From contig CAVYCN010000011.1 of NCBI GenBank assembly GCA_963767005.1, positions 45,108 through 109,107 on the forward strand: DNA of 64,000 bases. Reading direction: 5' to 3'. The notes under the pieces were generated by a model that did no database searches, was not told where the DNA came from, and saw only the letters and a list, made by a program, of their open reading frames with translations. A program made the translations under genes and the position numbers. This document shows, piece after piece, positions 1 through 9,951 of the stretch (the stretch's first letter is position 1; each line of letters starts with the position of its first letter). Source of the stretch: an uncultured Actinomycetes bacterium. Lineage in GTDB: Bacteria; Actinomycetota; Thermoleophilia; UBA2241.

Positions 1-121
1 GCCTGGGTCGCCTCTCATCGCCATCCTAGTCGCGCCGCCGGCCGGCGCAATCGTTGCGGCGCTCGGCGCGTCGGGATCGAGGGCACGTCGGATCCGTGCG
101 AGCAAGGGCGCGCGCTCGAGC

Positions 122-155
122 GGCGCTGAGAGGGGCCCGGGCCCCTCTCAGCGCC
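122..155. terminator. Perfect 34-bp palindrome; probable terminator hairpin at the end of the minus-strand catabolic operon
   Basis: GGCGCTGAGAGGGGCCC|GGGCCCCTCTCAGCGCC, 14 nt past the stop at 170. Confidence 0.6.
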
Positions 156-169
156 TCGCGAGCGTGCGC

Positions 170-1225
170 TCAGCGCTCCGCGAGCGCCCGCTCGAGCAGC
201 GCGAAGCCGGCCGCGGAGGGTACGGTGACCCGCACCGTGCCGGGGCACTCGAGCGCGGCGCCCGGCCGCACGCTCACGCCGCCCCGTTCGAGCCGGCCGG
301 CGAGGTCGTCGGCGCCGCTGAGCACGAGCACGAAGTTCGTCTGCGAGGGCACCACGGCATAGCCGTGCGCCGCGAAGAGGGCGGCCAGGCGCTCGCGCCC
401 GGCGCGCACCTGGACGCGGGTGCGCTCGCGCCAGGCCGCGTCGTCGACCGCGGCCTCGGCGGCTGCCTGGTTCAGCGTCCCCACCGAGAACGGCGGCCGG
501 ATGCGGCGCAGGTACTCGACCAGACGGGGGTCGCCGACCAGGTAGCCGACGCGCGCCCCCGCGAGGCCGTAGGCCTTGGACAGGGTGCGTGTGACGACGA
601 GGCGGCCGCCGGCCTCGGCGGCCAGGCTCGTGCCGTCGGGGTCGTCGACGAAGTCGATGTAGGCCTCGTCGACGACGACGAGGCGGGCCCGCGACGCGGC
701 TACGAAGGCGCGCAGCGCCGCGCGCGAGACGGCCGTGCCGGTAGGGTTGTGGGGGTTGCAGACGAAGGCGACGTCGGCCGCCACGGCCGCCATCGCGTCG
801 AGGTCGTGCACCCAGTTCGCCAGGGCGACCCTGGTGACCGCGGCGCCCAGCATGCGCGCGGCGATGTCGTGGATGCGGTACGGCGGGTCGGCGCAGACGA
901 CCGCGCCGCCGCCGGCGGCGTAGGCCATGACGAGCAGGTAGACGAGCTCGTCGGAGCCGTTTGCCACGAGCACCGCGTCGGGGTCGACGCCCAGGCTGGC
1001 GGCGAGCCGGTCACGCAGCCGGCTCGCGAGCGGGTCGGGGTAGCGGTGCAGCCGCGCGACCGCCGCCGGCAGCGCCGCCGCGACCGCCGGCGAGGCCCCG
1101 AACGACGACTCGTTCGACGCCAGGCTGCCGTCCTCGCTGCCGGCCGGCCGGCCCGTGATGTACGGGTGGAGCTCCGTCACCTCGGGCCGCGGCTCGGGCG
1201 CGTCGCCGTAGCCGCCCGCGCCCAC
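170..1225 (-). CDS. Class I/II PLP aminotransferase (histidinol-phosphate/aromatic aminotransferase family)
   Basis: Motifs SNE, ANGSDE, CNPHNPTG, DEAY, RTLSKAYGLAGARVG. GTG start at 1225 just after the upstream TAG; the ORF-track extension to 1474 overlaps the upstream gene. Confidence 0.85.
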   Translation of the reverse strand: MGAGGYGDAPEPRPEVTELHPYITGRPAGSEDGSLASNESSFGASPAVAAALPAAVARLHRYPDPLASRLRDRLAASLGVDPDAVLVANGSDELVYLLVMAYAAGGGAVVCADPPYRIHDIAARMLGAAVTRVALANWVHDLDAMAAVAADVAFVCNPHNPTGTAVSRAALRAFVAASRARLVVVDEAYIDFVDDPDGTSLAAEAGGRLVVTRTLSKAYGLAGARVGYLVGDPRLVEYLRRIRPPFSVGTLNQAAAEAAVDDAAWRERTRVQVRAGRERLAALFAAHGYAVVPSQTNFVLVLSGADDLAGRLERGGVSVRPGAALECPGTVRVTVPSAAGFALLERALAER

Positions 1226-1227
1226 CG

Positions 1228-2601
1228 CTAGACCGCCGCGACGGGGCGCTCGCGCTGGACGATCTTCGTGGCGGCGGCGATCACCTCGAGGCTCGCGTCG
1301 ACGTCGGCCTGTGTGTGCGCCGTGCTCGCGAAGAACCGCTCGAAGTTGAAGTTGTGGAAGTAGACGCCGCGCGCCTGGCACTCGGCCTGCAGGCGGCCGA
1401 AGAAGTCGGTGTCGCTGGCGCGCGCCTGGCGGTAGCGGGTCACCGGCTCCTCGTGGCCGAAGAACACCTGCCACATGGGCCCCACCTGGTTGATGACGGC
1501 CGGCACGCCCTGCTCGGCGAAGATCGCGCGCAGGCCGCTCACCATGGCGTCGGCGATCGCGTTCAGGTGGCCGTAGACGCGCTCACGGTCGCCCATGAGG
1601 ATGTCGAGCGCGGCGTTCATGCCGGCCAGGGTCATGGGGTTGCCGCTGTAGGTGCCGCCGTGCAGCACGACGCCGTCGGCCTCGAGCTCCATGATGTCCT
1701 TACGGCCGCCGAAGGCGGCCGCGCCGGGCGTGCCGCCGCCCACCGCCTTGGCGACGCAGGTGATGTCGGGGATCACGCCGTAGAGCTCCTGGGCGCCGCC
1801 CAGCGACACGCGAAAGCCGGTGATCACCTCGTCGAAGATGAGCAGCACGCCGTGCTCGTCGCAGATGCGCCGCAGCCCCTCGAGAAAGCCGGGTGCCGGC
1901 GGGATGATGCCGGCGTCGGCGAGGATCGGCTCGGCCAGTACCGCCGCGAGCTGATCGGCGTTGCGGCGGATGAGCTGCTCGGCGCTGTCCAAGTCGTTGA
2001 AGCAGCCCACGATGACGTTGTCCTCGAAGGTGCGCGGGATGCCGGCCAGCGAAGGCAGCGTGCGCGGGAACTTCTCGGTGCCGGCCGCCTCGAGCGCCGG
2101 CACGTGCGAGAAGGCGTGGCAGTCGAGGAAGCCGTTGTAGCTGCCCTCCCACTTGAGGATCTTGTCCTTGCCGGTGAAGCCGCGGGCCAGGCGGATGGCC
2201 GCCTGCGTGGCCTCGGAGCCCGAGTTGGCGAAGCGGAGCTGCTCGATGCCCGGCACGCAGGCGACGATCTTGCGGCCGACCTCGTAGTCGAGCTCGTGCG
2301 GGAACGTGTAGAGCAGGCCGCGCTCGTTGATCTGCTCGGTGATGGCGTCGACGATGGCCCTGGGCCGGTGGCCGAAGATCATCGGTCCGTAGCCGATGCA
2401 CCAGTCGATGTAGGCGTTGCCGTCGACGTCGTAGATGCGGGCGCCCTCGCCGCGGTCCATGACGATGGGGCGCGTGCCGGTGAGGCGCGCGTAGCTGCTC
2501 TCGCCGCCCGACACGACCTCCTTGCAGCGGGCGAACAGCGCGCTCGTGCGCGCGAGACGGCTGTCGTCGATGAGAACGTCGGTCGCGGGGGCGTCGCTCA
2601 T
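1228..2601 (-). CDS. Class III PLP aminotransferase, glutamate-1-semialdehyde aminomutase-like paralogue
   Basis: DVDGNAYID, RFANSGSEAT, LIFDEVITGFR, PDITCVAKAVGGG, GTYSGNP. RBS AAGGAGG. Confidence 0.85.
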   Translation of the reverse strand: MSDAPATDVLIDDSRLARTSALFARCKEVVSGGESSYARLTGTRPIVMDRGEGARIYDVDGNAYIDWCIGYGPMIFGHRPRAIVDAITEQINERGLLYTFPHELDYEVGRKIVACVPGIEQLRFANSGSEATQAAIRLARGFTGKDKILKWEGSYNGFLDCHAFSHVPALEAAGTEKFPRTLPSLAGIPRTFEDNVIVGCFNDLDSAEQLIRRNADQLAAVLAEPILADAGIIPPAPGFLEGLRRICDEHGVLLIFDEVITGFRVSLGGAQELYGVIPDITCVAKAVGGGTPGAAAFGGRKDIMELEADGVVLHGGTYSGNPMTLAGMNAALDILMGDRERVYGHLNAIADAMVSGLRAIFAEQGVPAVINQVGPMWQVFFGHEEPVTRYRQARASDTDFFGRLQAECQARGVYFHNFNFERFFASTAHTQADVDASLEVIAAATKIVQRERPVAAV

Positions 2602-2649
2602 GGGGTCCTGCCTCCTTTTGCGGTCCGCCGGGGGTCCCCGGCGTGACGA

Positions 2650-3987
2650 TCAGCCTCGGCGCCTGTCGTCGACGCGGTGGCAGGCGGTCTTGCCCTGGCC
2701 ACTCGTCACGCGCGGCAACGAGAAGGGTTCGTGCAGCTCGACCCGGGGGGTGACGCCCGCCGTCGCCTTGGTGGCCGCCGCGATGCGCTTGCCCAGGACC
2801 TCGCGAGCCTCGTCGCTCATCGCCCCGAGGCCGTTGACCTCGACCTGGAGCGTCAGGCGGTCGAGGTTGCTCACGATCTCGACCACCATGCAGAAGTTGT
2901 TGGCCACCTGCTCGAAGCCGACCAGCACCTCTTCGATCTGGCTGGGGAACACGACGAGGCCGCCGATCGACAAGGCGTCGTCGCTGCGGCCGGTGATGCG
3001 GCCGATGCGCGGGTGCGTGCGGCCGCAGGGGCACGGCTCCCAGGTGAGCGACGAGATGTCGTGGCTGCGGTAGCGGATCATCGCCATCGTGTCGCTCGTG
3101 AGCGACGTCCAGACGAGCTCGCCGGGCTCGCCGTCGCCGACCGGCTCGCCGCTGTCGGGGTCGATGCACTCGACGAGCAGGTGGTCGGACCAGACGTGCA
3201 TGCCCTGCTTGACCGGGCACTCGCAGGCCATGCCCGGTCCCAGGAACTCACCCATGCCGTACTCGTTGAAGGCGTCGACGCCGAGCGCGTCGGCCAGGCG
3301 CTGGCGCCCGGCCTCGGGCCATGGCTCGGCGCCGAACAGGCCGACGCGCAGCCTGGAGTCGCGGCTCAGGTCGATGCCGCGCTCGAGCGCCTTGTCGGCC
3401 AGGAAGAGGCCGTACGAGGGCGTCGTGCACACGGCGGTGACGCCGAGGTCGACGATCAGATCGATGAGCAGCTCGTGGCGGCCGATGCCGGCCGGCACGA
3501 CGCCGATGCCGGCGTGCTGGGCGCCGTACTGCAGCCCGACGCTCGTGGCCAGGCCGTAGGCGAAGCAGTTCTGCAGCAGGTCGCCGGGGCGCAGGCCGAC
3601 CATCCACATGGAGCGGGCGTTGCGCCGCGCCCAGGCGTCCATGTCCTGGCGCGAGGCCCAGATCGGCGTGGGCTTGCCGGTGGTGCCCGAGGTGCTGTGC
3701 ACCTCGATCACGTTGTCGAGGCCGCAGGTGCGCAGGCCGTCGGGGTAGGTGTCGCGCAGCGTCGTCTTTTCGAGGAACGGCAGCCGCCTGACGTCGTCGA
3801 GCGTCGCGATGTGGCGCGGCTCGACACCGGCTTCGCGACAGAGCCCGCGGTAGGTCGCGCTGCCCGTGTAGGCCAGCTCGACCTGGCGCACGAGGCGCTC
3901 GAGCTGGTGCGCCCGCAGGGCGTCGGGCGCGAGCAGCTCGGCCGCCGGGTCGAAGCACACGCTGCGGTCGACGGCGGTCGTGGTCAT
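2650..3987 (-). CDS. paaK: Phenylacetate-CoA ligase family protein
   Basis: HSTSGTTGKP, TTPSY, FGAEPW, YGMGE, GELVWTSL, CPCGRTHPRIGRITGRSDD. ATG 3987 overlaps the iorB stop (ATGA). Confidence 0.85.
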   Translation of the reverse strand: MTTTAVDRSVCFDPAAELLAPDALRAHQLERLVRQVELAYTGSATYRGLCREAGVEPRHIATLDDVRRLPFLEKTTLRDTYPDGLRTCGLDNVIEVHSTSGTTGKPTPIWASRQDMDAWARRNARSMWMVGLRPGDLLQNCFAYGLATSVGLQYGAQHAGIGVVPAGIGRHELLIDLIVDLGVTAVCTTPSYGLFLADKALERGIDLSRDSRLRVGLFGAEPWPEAGRQRLADALGVDAFNEYGMGEFLGPGMACECPVKQGMHVWSDHLLVECIDPDSGEPVGDGEPGELVWTSLTSDTMAMIRYRSHDISSLTWEPCPCGRTHPRIGRITGRSDDALSIGGLVVFPSQIEEVLVGFEQVANNFCMVVEIVSNLDRLTLQVEVNGLGAMSDEAREVLGKRIAAATKATAGVTPRVELHEPFSLPRVTSGQGKTACHRVDDRRRG

Positions 3988-4631
3988 GCTCCGGCCTCCC
4001 CGGTCGCGGCCACCGGCGCCGCCTCGCCGGCCGCCTCGCGGCCGGTCTGGAACGCCGTCAGGTTCATGCCCAGCCACGCCGCCGGCACGTTGGCGCGGAT
4101 CGCCCGCTCCCACGTCTCGGACGCAAACGACAGGCAGCGCGACAGCGCGCCGAGCAGCACGACGCCGGCGACCTTCGCGTCGCCGACCCGCTCGGCGACG
4201 GCGTTGCCGTCGAGGGCGATCACCCGCCGGCCGCCGGCCGAGATGCGCTCGACGGCGTCGAACGGATACGCGAAGTCGCCCTGCGCGGCAAGGGGCGGCA
4301 CGATCTGCTGGGTGTTGACGATAGCCACGCCGCCGGGCCGCACCGAGATCGCGTAGCGCAGGCCCTCGGCGGCCTCGAAGGCGAGCAGGTAGTCGGTCTC
4401 GCCGGGGCTGATCGACGGGGCCACGACCGTGCGCCCGATCCTGATGTGCGAGCAGACGCTGCCGCCGCGCTGCGACATGCCGCGCGTCTCGGACAGCTTG
4501 ACGTCGAGGCCGCCGTGGAGCAGCGCCGTGTCGGCGATGACGGCCGCCGCCAGGATCACGCCCTGGCCGCCGACACCGACCACCATGACGTTGTCGACGA
4601 GGCCGTCTGCGTAACGGTCGCGGCCGCTCAC
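3984..4631 (-). CDS. iorB: Indolepyruvate:ferredoxin oxidoreductase beta subunit
   Basis: GVGGQGVIL, SETRGMSQRGGSV. GTGA overlap with the iorA stop. Confidence 0.88.
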   Translation of the reverse strand: MSGRDRYADGLVDNVMVVGVGGQGVILAAAVIADTALLHGGLDVKLSETRGMSQRGGSVCSHIRIGRTVVAPSISPGETDYLLAFEAAEGLRYAISVRPGGVAIVNTQQIVPPLAAQGDFAYPFDAVERISAGGRRVIALDGNAVAERVGDAKVAGVVLLGALSRCLSFASETWERAIRANVPAAWLGMNLTAFQTGREAAGEAAPVAATGEAGA

Positions 4632-6448
4632 GACACACCCGCCGCGGCGATCGCGCCGACCTTGCAGAGCTGAGCGCACAGCGAGCAGCCGCTGCAGGTG
4701 TCGGCGTCGATCGCCACCTTGTGGCGACCGCGGTGCTCGGCCTCGACGTGGCGCAGCGAGGGACAGCCCAGGCGCATGCACTGCTGGCAGGCGTTGCAGA
4801 CCTCCTCGTCGACCGCGAAGGCGCCCGCGCCGGCGACCTTGCGCGGGAACAGCATGCAGGGCCGGTTGGTGACGATCACTGCCGGGCCCGTAAAGGCGAG
4901 GGCCGCCTTGAGGGCCGTGAGGCAGGCGTCGTAGTCGTAGGGATCGACGGTCTCGATGTGCTCGACGCCGAGCGCCCGGCAGAGGCCGACGAGGTCGAGC
5001 GGCATGGTCTCTGTCCCCGCCAGGGTGCGCTCGTTGCCGGGGTTGGTCTGGCCGCCGGTCATCGCCGTGATCGTGTTGTTCTGGATGAGCACGGCGACGT
5101 TCGCGCGCTGGTGCACGGCGTTCAGCAGGCCGGTGATGCCGCTGTGCAGGAACGTCGAGTCGCCGATCACGGCGACCGAGCCCTTGGCGCTGCCCCCGGC
5201 GCGCCAGAAACCTTGGTCGATGGGGATGCTCGCCCCCATCTCGAAGGCGCAGTGCATATGGCTCACCGGCGGCAGGCTGGTGAGGTCGTAGCAGCCGATG
5301 TCGCCGTGCACGTCGAGGTCGAGCTTCTTCATGGCGGTCGCCATGCCGCGGTGCGGGCAGCCGGTGCACAGCACCGGCGGCCGCGGGATCACGGTCGCGT
5401 CTTCGGCCTGCTTCTCGGCCGCCCAGCGCGGCACGTCGAGACCGGCGTCGTGGAAGCCGCGCCCCACGCGCACCGGCGTGAGCTCGCCCCAGGCCGGGAA
5501 CCAGCGCTTACCTTCGCAGGCGATGCCGGCAGCAAGGACCTGCTCCTCGATGTAGGGCTCGAGCTCCTCGACCACGAACAGCCGATCGACGCCGGCGGCG
5601 AAGCGGCGGATGGCCTCGACCGGCAGCGGGTGGATGATGCCGAGCTTGAGGAACGCGGCGCCGGGCAGCGCCTCTTTGGCGCTCATGTAGGCGGCGCCGG
5701 CGGTCACCACACCGATGCGCGCGACGCCGCCGTCGCGCAGCGGCAGGCGGCCGCCACCGGCGGGCTCCTCGACGCGCGCCAGCGGGCTCGCCTCGGCGTA
5801 GACGCGCAGGCGCTCGAAGCGCTCGAGCAGGCTGCGGTGCAGGGGCCGCGAGAAGCGCGGCAGCATGCAGTACTTCTCGGTGCGCCGGTCGGGCGGCCGC
5901 CGGGGCGGCTCGGGGCGCGCACCGTCGGCGGCCAGCGTGACGACCGATTTCTGGTGCGCCGTCTGGGTGCTCATGCGCACCATGACCGGCACGTCGAAGG
6001 TCTCGCTCAGTTCGTAGGCGAGGCCGACGAACTCGTAGCACTCCTGGCTGTCGGCCGGCTCGAGCATCGGCATGCTCGAGATGCGGCCGAAGTAGCGGTC
6101 GTCCTGCTCGGTCATGCCGCTCGCCATGCCGGGGTCGCCGGCCAGGCAGACGACGAGGCCGGCGTTGACGCCGGTGTAGACCGAGGTGATGAGCGGGTCG
6201 GCGGCGACGCTCGCGCCGGCGCTCTTCATGGCCGTGAGGGCGCGCACGCCGCCCATGGCGGCCCCGAAGGCCACCTCGTAGGCGACCTTCTCGTTGGTCG
6301 ACCACTCCGCATAGACGCCCTCGTAGGTGGCAAGACTGGTGACGATCTCGGTGCTCGGCGTGCCGGGATAGGCGGCCGCGACCTGCACGCCCGCCTCCCA
6401 GGCGCCGCGGGCGAGAGCTTCGTTGCCGAGCATGAGTCGAGTCGCCAT
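4628..6448 (-). CDS. iorA: Indolepyruvate:ferredoxin oxidoreductase alpha subunit
   Basis: GNEALARGA, YPGTPSTEI, NEKVAYE, RPPVLCTGCPHR, GDIGCY, GDSTFLHSG, and two C-terminal 4Fe-4S motifs (CNACQQC, CSGCSLCAQLC). Confidence 0.93.
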   Translation of the reverse strand: MATRLMLGNEALARGAWEAGVQVAAAYPGTPSTEIVTSLATYEGVYAEWSTNEKVAYEVAFGAAMGGVRALTAMKSAGASVAADPLITSVYTGVNAGLVVCLAGDPGMASGMTEQDDRYFGRISSMPMLEPADSQECYEFVGLAYELSETFDVPVMVRMSTQTAHQKSVVTLAADGARPEPPRRPPDRRTEKYCMLPRFSRPLHRSLLERFERLRVYAEASPLARVEEPAGGGRLPLRDGGVARIGVVTAGAAYMSAKEALPGAAFLKLGIIHPLPVEAIRRFAAGVDRLFVVEELEPYIEEQVLAAGIACEGKRWFPAWGELTPVRVGRGFHDAGLDVPRWAAEKQAEDATVIPRPPVLCTGCPHRGMATAMKKLDLDVHGDIGCYDLTSLPPVSHMHCAFEMGASIPIDQGFWRAGGSAKGSVAVIGDSTFLHSGITGLLNAVHQRANVAVLIQNNTITAMTGGQTNPGNERTLAGTETMPLDLVGLCRALGVEHIETVDPYDYDACLTALKAALAFTGPAVIVTNRPCMLFPRKVAGAGAFAVDEEVCNACQQCMRLGCPSLRHVEAEHRGRHKVAIDADTCSGCSLCAQLCKVGAIAAAGVS

Positions 6449-6507
6449 GCTCGTCAGTCAAGCAGGAACGGGGCCGTCAGTTCAAGCGCGGGTGGCCCCG
6501 GCGTGCC

Positions 6508-7629
6508 TCAGGCGCGCACCAGAGCGGCGCCCTCGACGAGCGCCGCGAGCTTCGCCCAGGCGACGCTCGGCGTGACCTGGCCGAGGCCGACGAAGGTGCC
6601 GAAGCCGCAGTCGGTGCCGGCGACGACGCGGCCGGCGCCGACGACCGACACGAAGCGCTCGATGCGCTGCGCCACGAGGCGCGGGTGCTCGACGAAGTTC
6701 GTGGTCGAGTCGATCACGCCCGGTATCAGGTACTTGTCCGCGGGCAGCGGCCGCTCGGCGAAGAGCTCCCACTCGTGGCCGTGGCGCGGGTTGCTGGCTT
6801 CGACCGACAGGCCGAGCGGCCGGGCCGCCAGCACCACGTCGACGATGTCGGCGAGCGGCACGTCGTGGGTGTGGGGCCCTTCGTAGTTGCCCCAGCACAG
6901 GTGCAGGCGCATGCGCTCGGGCGGGATCGCGCGGGTCGCGTCGTTCAAGGCGGCGACGTTGCGCGCGATCTCGCGCCGGAACTCGTCGCCGCCCAGGCCG
7001 GCGAAGACCGTGTGCGCGCCCGCCGCCAGGTCGGGGCAGTCGAGCTGCAGCGTCACCCCCGCGGCCGCGATCGCCTCGTACTCGGGCCGCATCGCCTCGG
7101 CGAGTGCCCCGAGGTACTGCTCGCGGTCGCCGTAGTGGCGGTCTTCGAAGAACATCGCGATCACGCCCGGCGAGGCCGCCGTCATGAAGAGCCGGTCGCG
7201 CGTCACGCCGGACGCCCGCGCGGCCGCCAGCAGATCGTCGAGGTCGCGCCCGACGGCGCCGTCGTCGCGCCGCGTGACCGGACCGGTGCAGGCCGGCGCG
7301 CTCATGCGGATCTCGGCCAGCGCGCGGCCCATGCGCGGCACGTCGTCGGGAAAGTCGGCGAGCTCGGCCAGCGCGCTCAACGTGCCGGGCTCGCCTTCGA
7401 AGCCGGTCAAGCGGTCCTTCACGTACGTCGAGTAGCCGACCTTGCCCTGCTCGCCGTCGTTCAGCAGATCGAGGCCGATCTCGGCCTGGCGGCGCACCAC
7501 CTCGACGACCGCCTCCTCCACGCGCGGCCTCAGGCCGGCGACCGCGATGCCCTCATCGCGCTGGACGATCAGGTCGACGAGGTCGGCGGGACGCGGCAGG
7601 CTGCCGGTGTGCGTGGTGCGAACGGCCAT
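6508..7629 (-). CDS. Cobalamin-independent methionine synthase II family protein (single C-terminal MetE-like domain)
   Basis: TTHTGSLPRP, NDGE, LQLDCPD, Zn-ligand motifs HLCWGN, VE, TDCGF. RBS GAGGTG before ATG 7629. Confidence 0.85.
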   Translation of the reverse strand: MAVRTTHTGSLPRPADLVDLIVQRDEGIAVAGLRPRVEEAVVEVVRRQAEIGLDLLNDGEQGKVGYSTYVKDRLTGFEGEPGTLSALAELADFPDDVPRMGRALAEIRMSAPACTGPVTRRDDGAVGRDLDDLLAAARASGVTRDRLFMTAASPGVIAMFFEDRHYGDREQYLGALAEAMRPEYEAIAAAGVTLQLDCPDLAAGAHTVFAGLGGDEFRREIARNVAALNDATRAIPPERMRLHLCWGNYEGPHTHDVPLADIVDVVLAARPLGLSVEASNPRHGHEWELFAERPLPADKYLIPGVIDSTTNFVEHPRLVAQRIERFVSVVGAGRVVAGTDCGFGTFVGLGQVTPSVAWAKLAALVEGAALVRA

Positions 7630-7724
7630 GGTCCACCTCACCCTGAGAGCCTCGGTCGACGCCGTGCGACTACCCCGCCGCGGTGAGCTCCAAGCGCGTT
7701 TGGGCCGTGGCCGCCTCCGCGGCG

Positions 7725-7811
7725 GCCCGACGGGCGACGGGGCGCCGCATCCGCGCCTGCCCGACGGGCGACGGGGCGCCGCATCCGCGCCTGCCCGACG
7801 GGCGACGGGGC
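7725..7811. repeat. Intergenic tandem repeat, 34-bp unit, about 2.5 copies
   Basis: GCCCGACGGGCGACGGGGCGCCGCATCCGCGCCT at 7725 and 7759, partial copy at 7793; no spacers. Confidence 0.9.
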
Positions 7812-7893
7812 CGCGCCGGACGGCCGGTTCAGGGGGGCCGGTGCCGGCATACCGGCGCGGCCCCGTCGCCCGCGAGCAAGGAGCGCGCCGCCG

Positions 7894-8907
7894 TCAGCCG
7901 GCCTCGAGCACGAGCGGCTTGCCGTCGGCGCCGAACAGGGTGTCGTCGGGCAGATGGCAGGCGCGGCTGGTCGTCGCGTCGACGGCACGATGCTCGGGCG
8001 CGGTCGCCTCGCAGACGGCCATGCGGTAGGCGCAGCGCGGGTGGAACCGGCAGCCGGCCGGCGGGTGCACGGCGCTCGGCACGTCGCCCTCGAGCGCCTT
8101 GAGGCCGTGGCGCCGGTCGGGGTCGGGTGAGGGCACGCTGGCAAGGAGCGCCGCGGTGTAGGGGTGGCGGGGCCGGCGCAAGACCTGCGCCGCCGGCCCC
8201 CGCTCGACGATCTGCCCGAGGTACATGACGGCGACGTCGTCGGCCATCGACTCGACCACGGCCAGGTCGTGGGCGATGAACAGGTAGGCGAGGCCGAGCC
8301 GCTCCTTCAGCTCCTGCAAGAGCACGAGGATGCGGGCCTGCACCGACACGTCGAGCGCCGAGGTGGGCTCGTCGAGGACGACGAGCTCGGGATCGAGGGC
8401 GAGGGCGCGCGCGATCGCGATCCGCTGGCACTGCCCGCCGCTGAACTCGTGCGGCCGGCGCCACAGGTGCTGCGTGCCCAGGCCGGCCATCTCGAGCAGC
8501 CCCAGGATGCGCTGCTCGAGCTCGCGCCCGCTCAGGCGGAGGTGCGCCCGCAGCGGCTCGGCCACGAGGTCGTGCACCGTCATGCGCGGGTCGAGCGACG
8601 AATAGGGGTCCTGGAAGACGATCTGCACGCGCCGTCGCAGCTCGCGGCGCGCGCGCCCCGCCAGCGTGCCCACGTCGCGGCCGTCGAACACGACCGTGCC
8701 GGCCGTCGCCCGCGTGAGCTGCATCACGGTCTCGGCGACGGTCGTCTTGCCCGAGCCCGACTCGCCCACCAGGGCGAGGGTCTGGCCGCGGTCGATGGCG
8801 AAGGAGACCCCATCGACCGCGTGCACGACGTCCGAGGAGCTGCGCACGAAGCCGCGCCGGATGCGGAAGTGCACGGTCAGGTCGTCGACGGTCAGCAGCG
8901 GCGTCAC
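7894..8907 (-). CDS. Oligopeptide/dipeptide ABC transporter ATP-binding protein (DppF/OppF-like)
   Basis: GESGSGKT, FQDPYSSLDP, FSGGQCQR, DEPTSALD, HPYT, GCRFHPRC. Confidence 0.92.
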   Translation of the reverse strand: MTPLLTVDDLTVHFRIRRGFVRSSSDVVHAVDGVSFAIDRGQTLALVGESGSGKTTVAETVMQLTRATAGTVVFDGRDVGTLAGRARRELRRRVQIVFQDPYSSLDPRMTVHDLVAEPLRAHLRLSGRELEQRILGLLEMAGLGTQHLWRRPHEFSGGQCQRIAIARALALDPELVVLDEPTSALDVSVQARILVLLQELKERLGLAYLFIAHDLAVVESMADDVAVMYLGQIVERGPAAQVLRRPRHPYTAALLASVPSPDPDRRHGLKALEGDVPSAVHPPAGCRFHPRCAYRMAVCEATAPEHRAVDATTSRACHLPDDTLFGADGKPLVLEAG

Positions 8908-9947
8908 GAGCCCACCTCGCGGGGCACGCCGGCGAGGCGCCGGGCGACGTCGTGACACGAGACCCAGTGGCCCTCCGCCACCGGCGTCGGCGCCGGCTTG
9001 ACGGTCGTGCAGACGTCCATGACCCGCGGGCAGCGCGGATGGTACCGGCAGCCCGGCGGAGGCTCGATCAAGTCTGGCACCGATCCGGGGATCGTGTGCA
9101 GCTCGGCGGCCCTCTTGCCCTGGGGCAGGCATTCGTAGAGGGCGATCGTGTACGGGTGGCAGGGGTGCTTCATGACGCGCGCCGTGGGCCCCTGCTCCAC
9201 GACCGTGCCGGCGTACATGACGGCGACCCGGTCGCAGGTCTGGGCGGCTACTCCGACGTTGTGGGTGATCAGCACCTGGGCGACGCCACGTTCCTCGCGC
9301 AGCCGCAGCAGCAGCTTCAGGATCTGGGCCTGGATCGTGACGTCGAGCGCCGTCGTCGGCTCGTCGGCGATGAGCAGCTCCGAGCCGCACGAGATCGCCA
9401 TCGCCATGCAGGCCCGCTGGCGCATGCCGCCGCTCAACTGATGCGGGTAGCTGTGCAGGATCTCGTCGGTCGGCGGCAGGCCGGTGGCAACGAGGGCCTC
9501 GCGCGTCATCTCGCGGGCCGCCCCGCCCGAGACACCGCGATGCAGGCGCACCACTCGGCTGATCTGCTCGCCGATGGTGAAGACCGGGTTGAGCGAGGCC
9601 AGCGGGTCCTGGAAGACCATCGAGATGGCCTTGCCGCGCAGCGCCCGCATCTCGTGCGCGCTCTTGTCGAGCAGATTCTCGCCGCGAAAGACGACCTCGC
9701 CGCCGGTGTAGCGCGCGATCGGCCGCGGCAGCAGGCCGAGCACGGCAAAGCCGGTGACGGACTTGCCGCAGCCCGACTCGCCGACCAGACCGAGGATCTC
9801 GCGCGGCGCCACGGTCAGATTGACGCCGTCGAGCGCCTTGACCACGCCGCGCATGCTGCGGAACTCGACCTTGAGACCGACGACCTGCAGCAGGTCGGCG
9901 GGCGCGTCGGGCGACGCGGCGGCGGACGGCGGGGCGACGAGGCTCAC
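8904..9947 (-). CDS. Oligopeptide/dipeptide ABC transporter ATP-binding protein (DppD/OppD-like)
   Basis: GESGCGKS, YPHQLSGGMRQR, DEPTTALD, GCRYHPRC. Confidence 0.92.
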   Translation of the reverse strand: MSLVAPPSAAASPDAPADLLQVVGLKVEFRSMRGVVKALDGVNLTVAPREILGLVGESGCGKSVTGFAVLGLLPRPIARYTGGEVVFRGENLLDKSAHEMRALRGKAISMVFQDPLASLNPVFTIGEQISRVVRLHRGVSGGAAREMTREALVATGLPPTDEILHSYPHQLSGGMRQRACMAMAISCGSELLIADEPTTALDVTIQAQILKLLLRLREERGVAQVLITHNVGVAAQTCDRVAVMYAGTVVEQGPTARVMKHPCHPYTIALYECLPQGKRAAELHTIPGSVPDLIEPPPGCRYHPRCPRVMDVCTTVKPAPTPVAEGHWVSCHDVARRLAGVPREVGS

Positions 9948-9951
9948 GGCG

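Noticed and set aside
1228-2601. Calling this gene hemL
   Set aside because: No tetrapyrrole genes nearby, the GCYHG motif is altered to GSYNG, and the context is catabolic.
7725-7811. Possible mini CRISPR array
   Set aside because: Units are head-to-tail with no spacers, and there are no cas genes.
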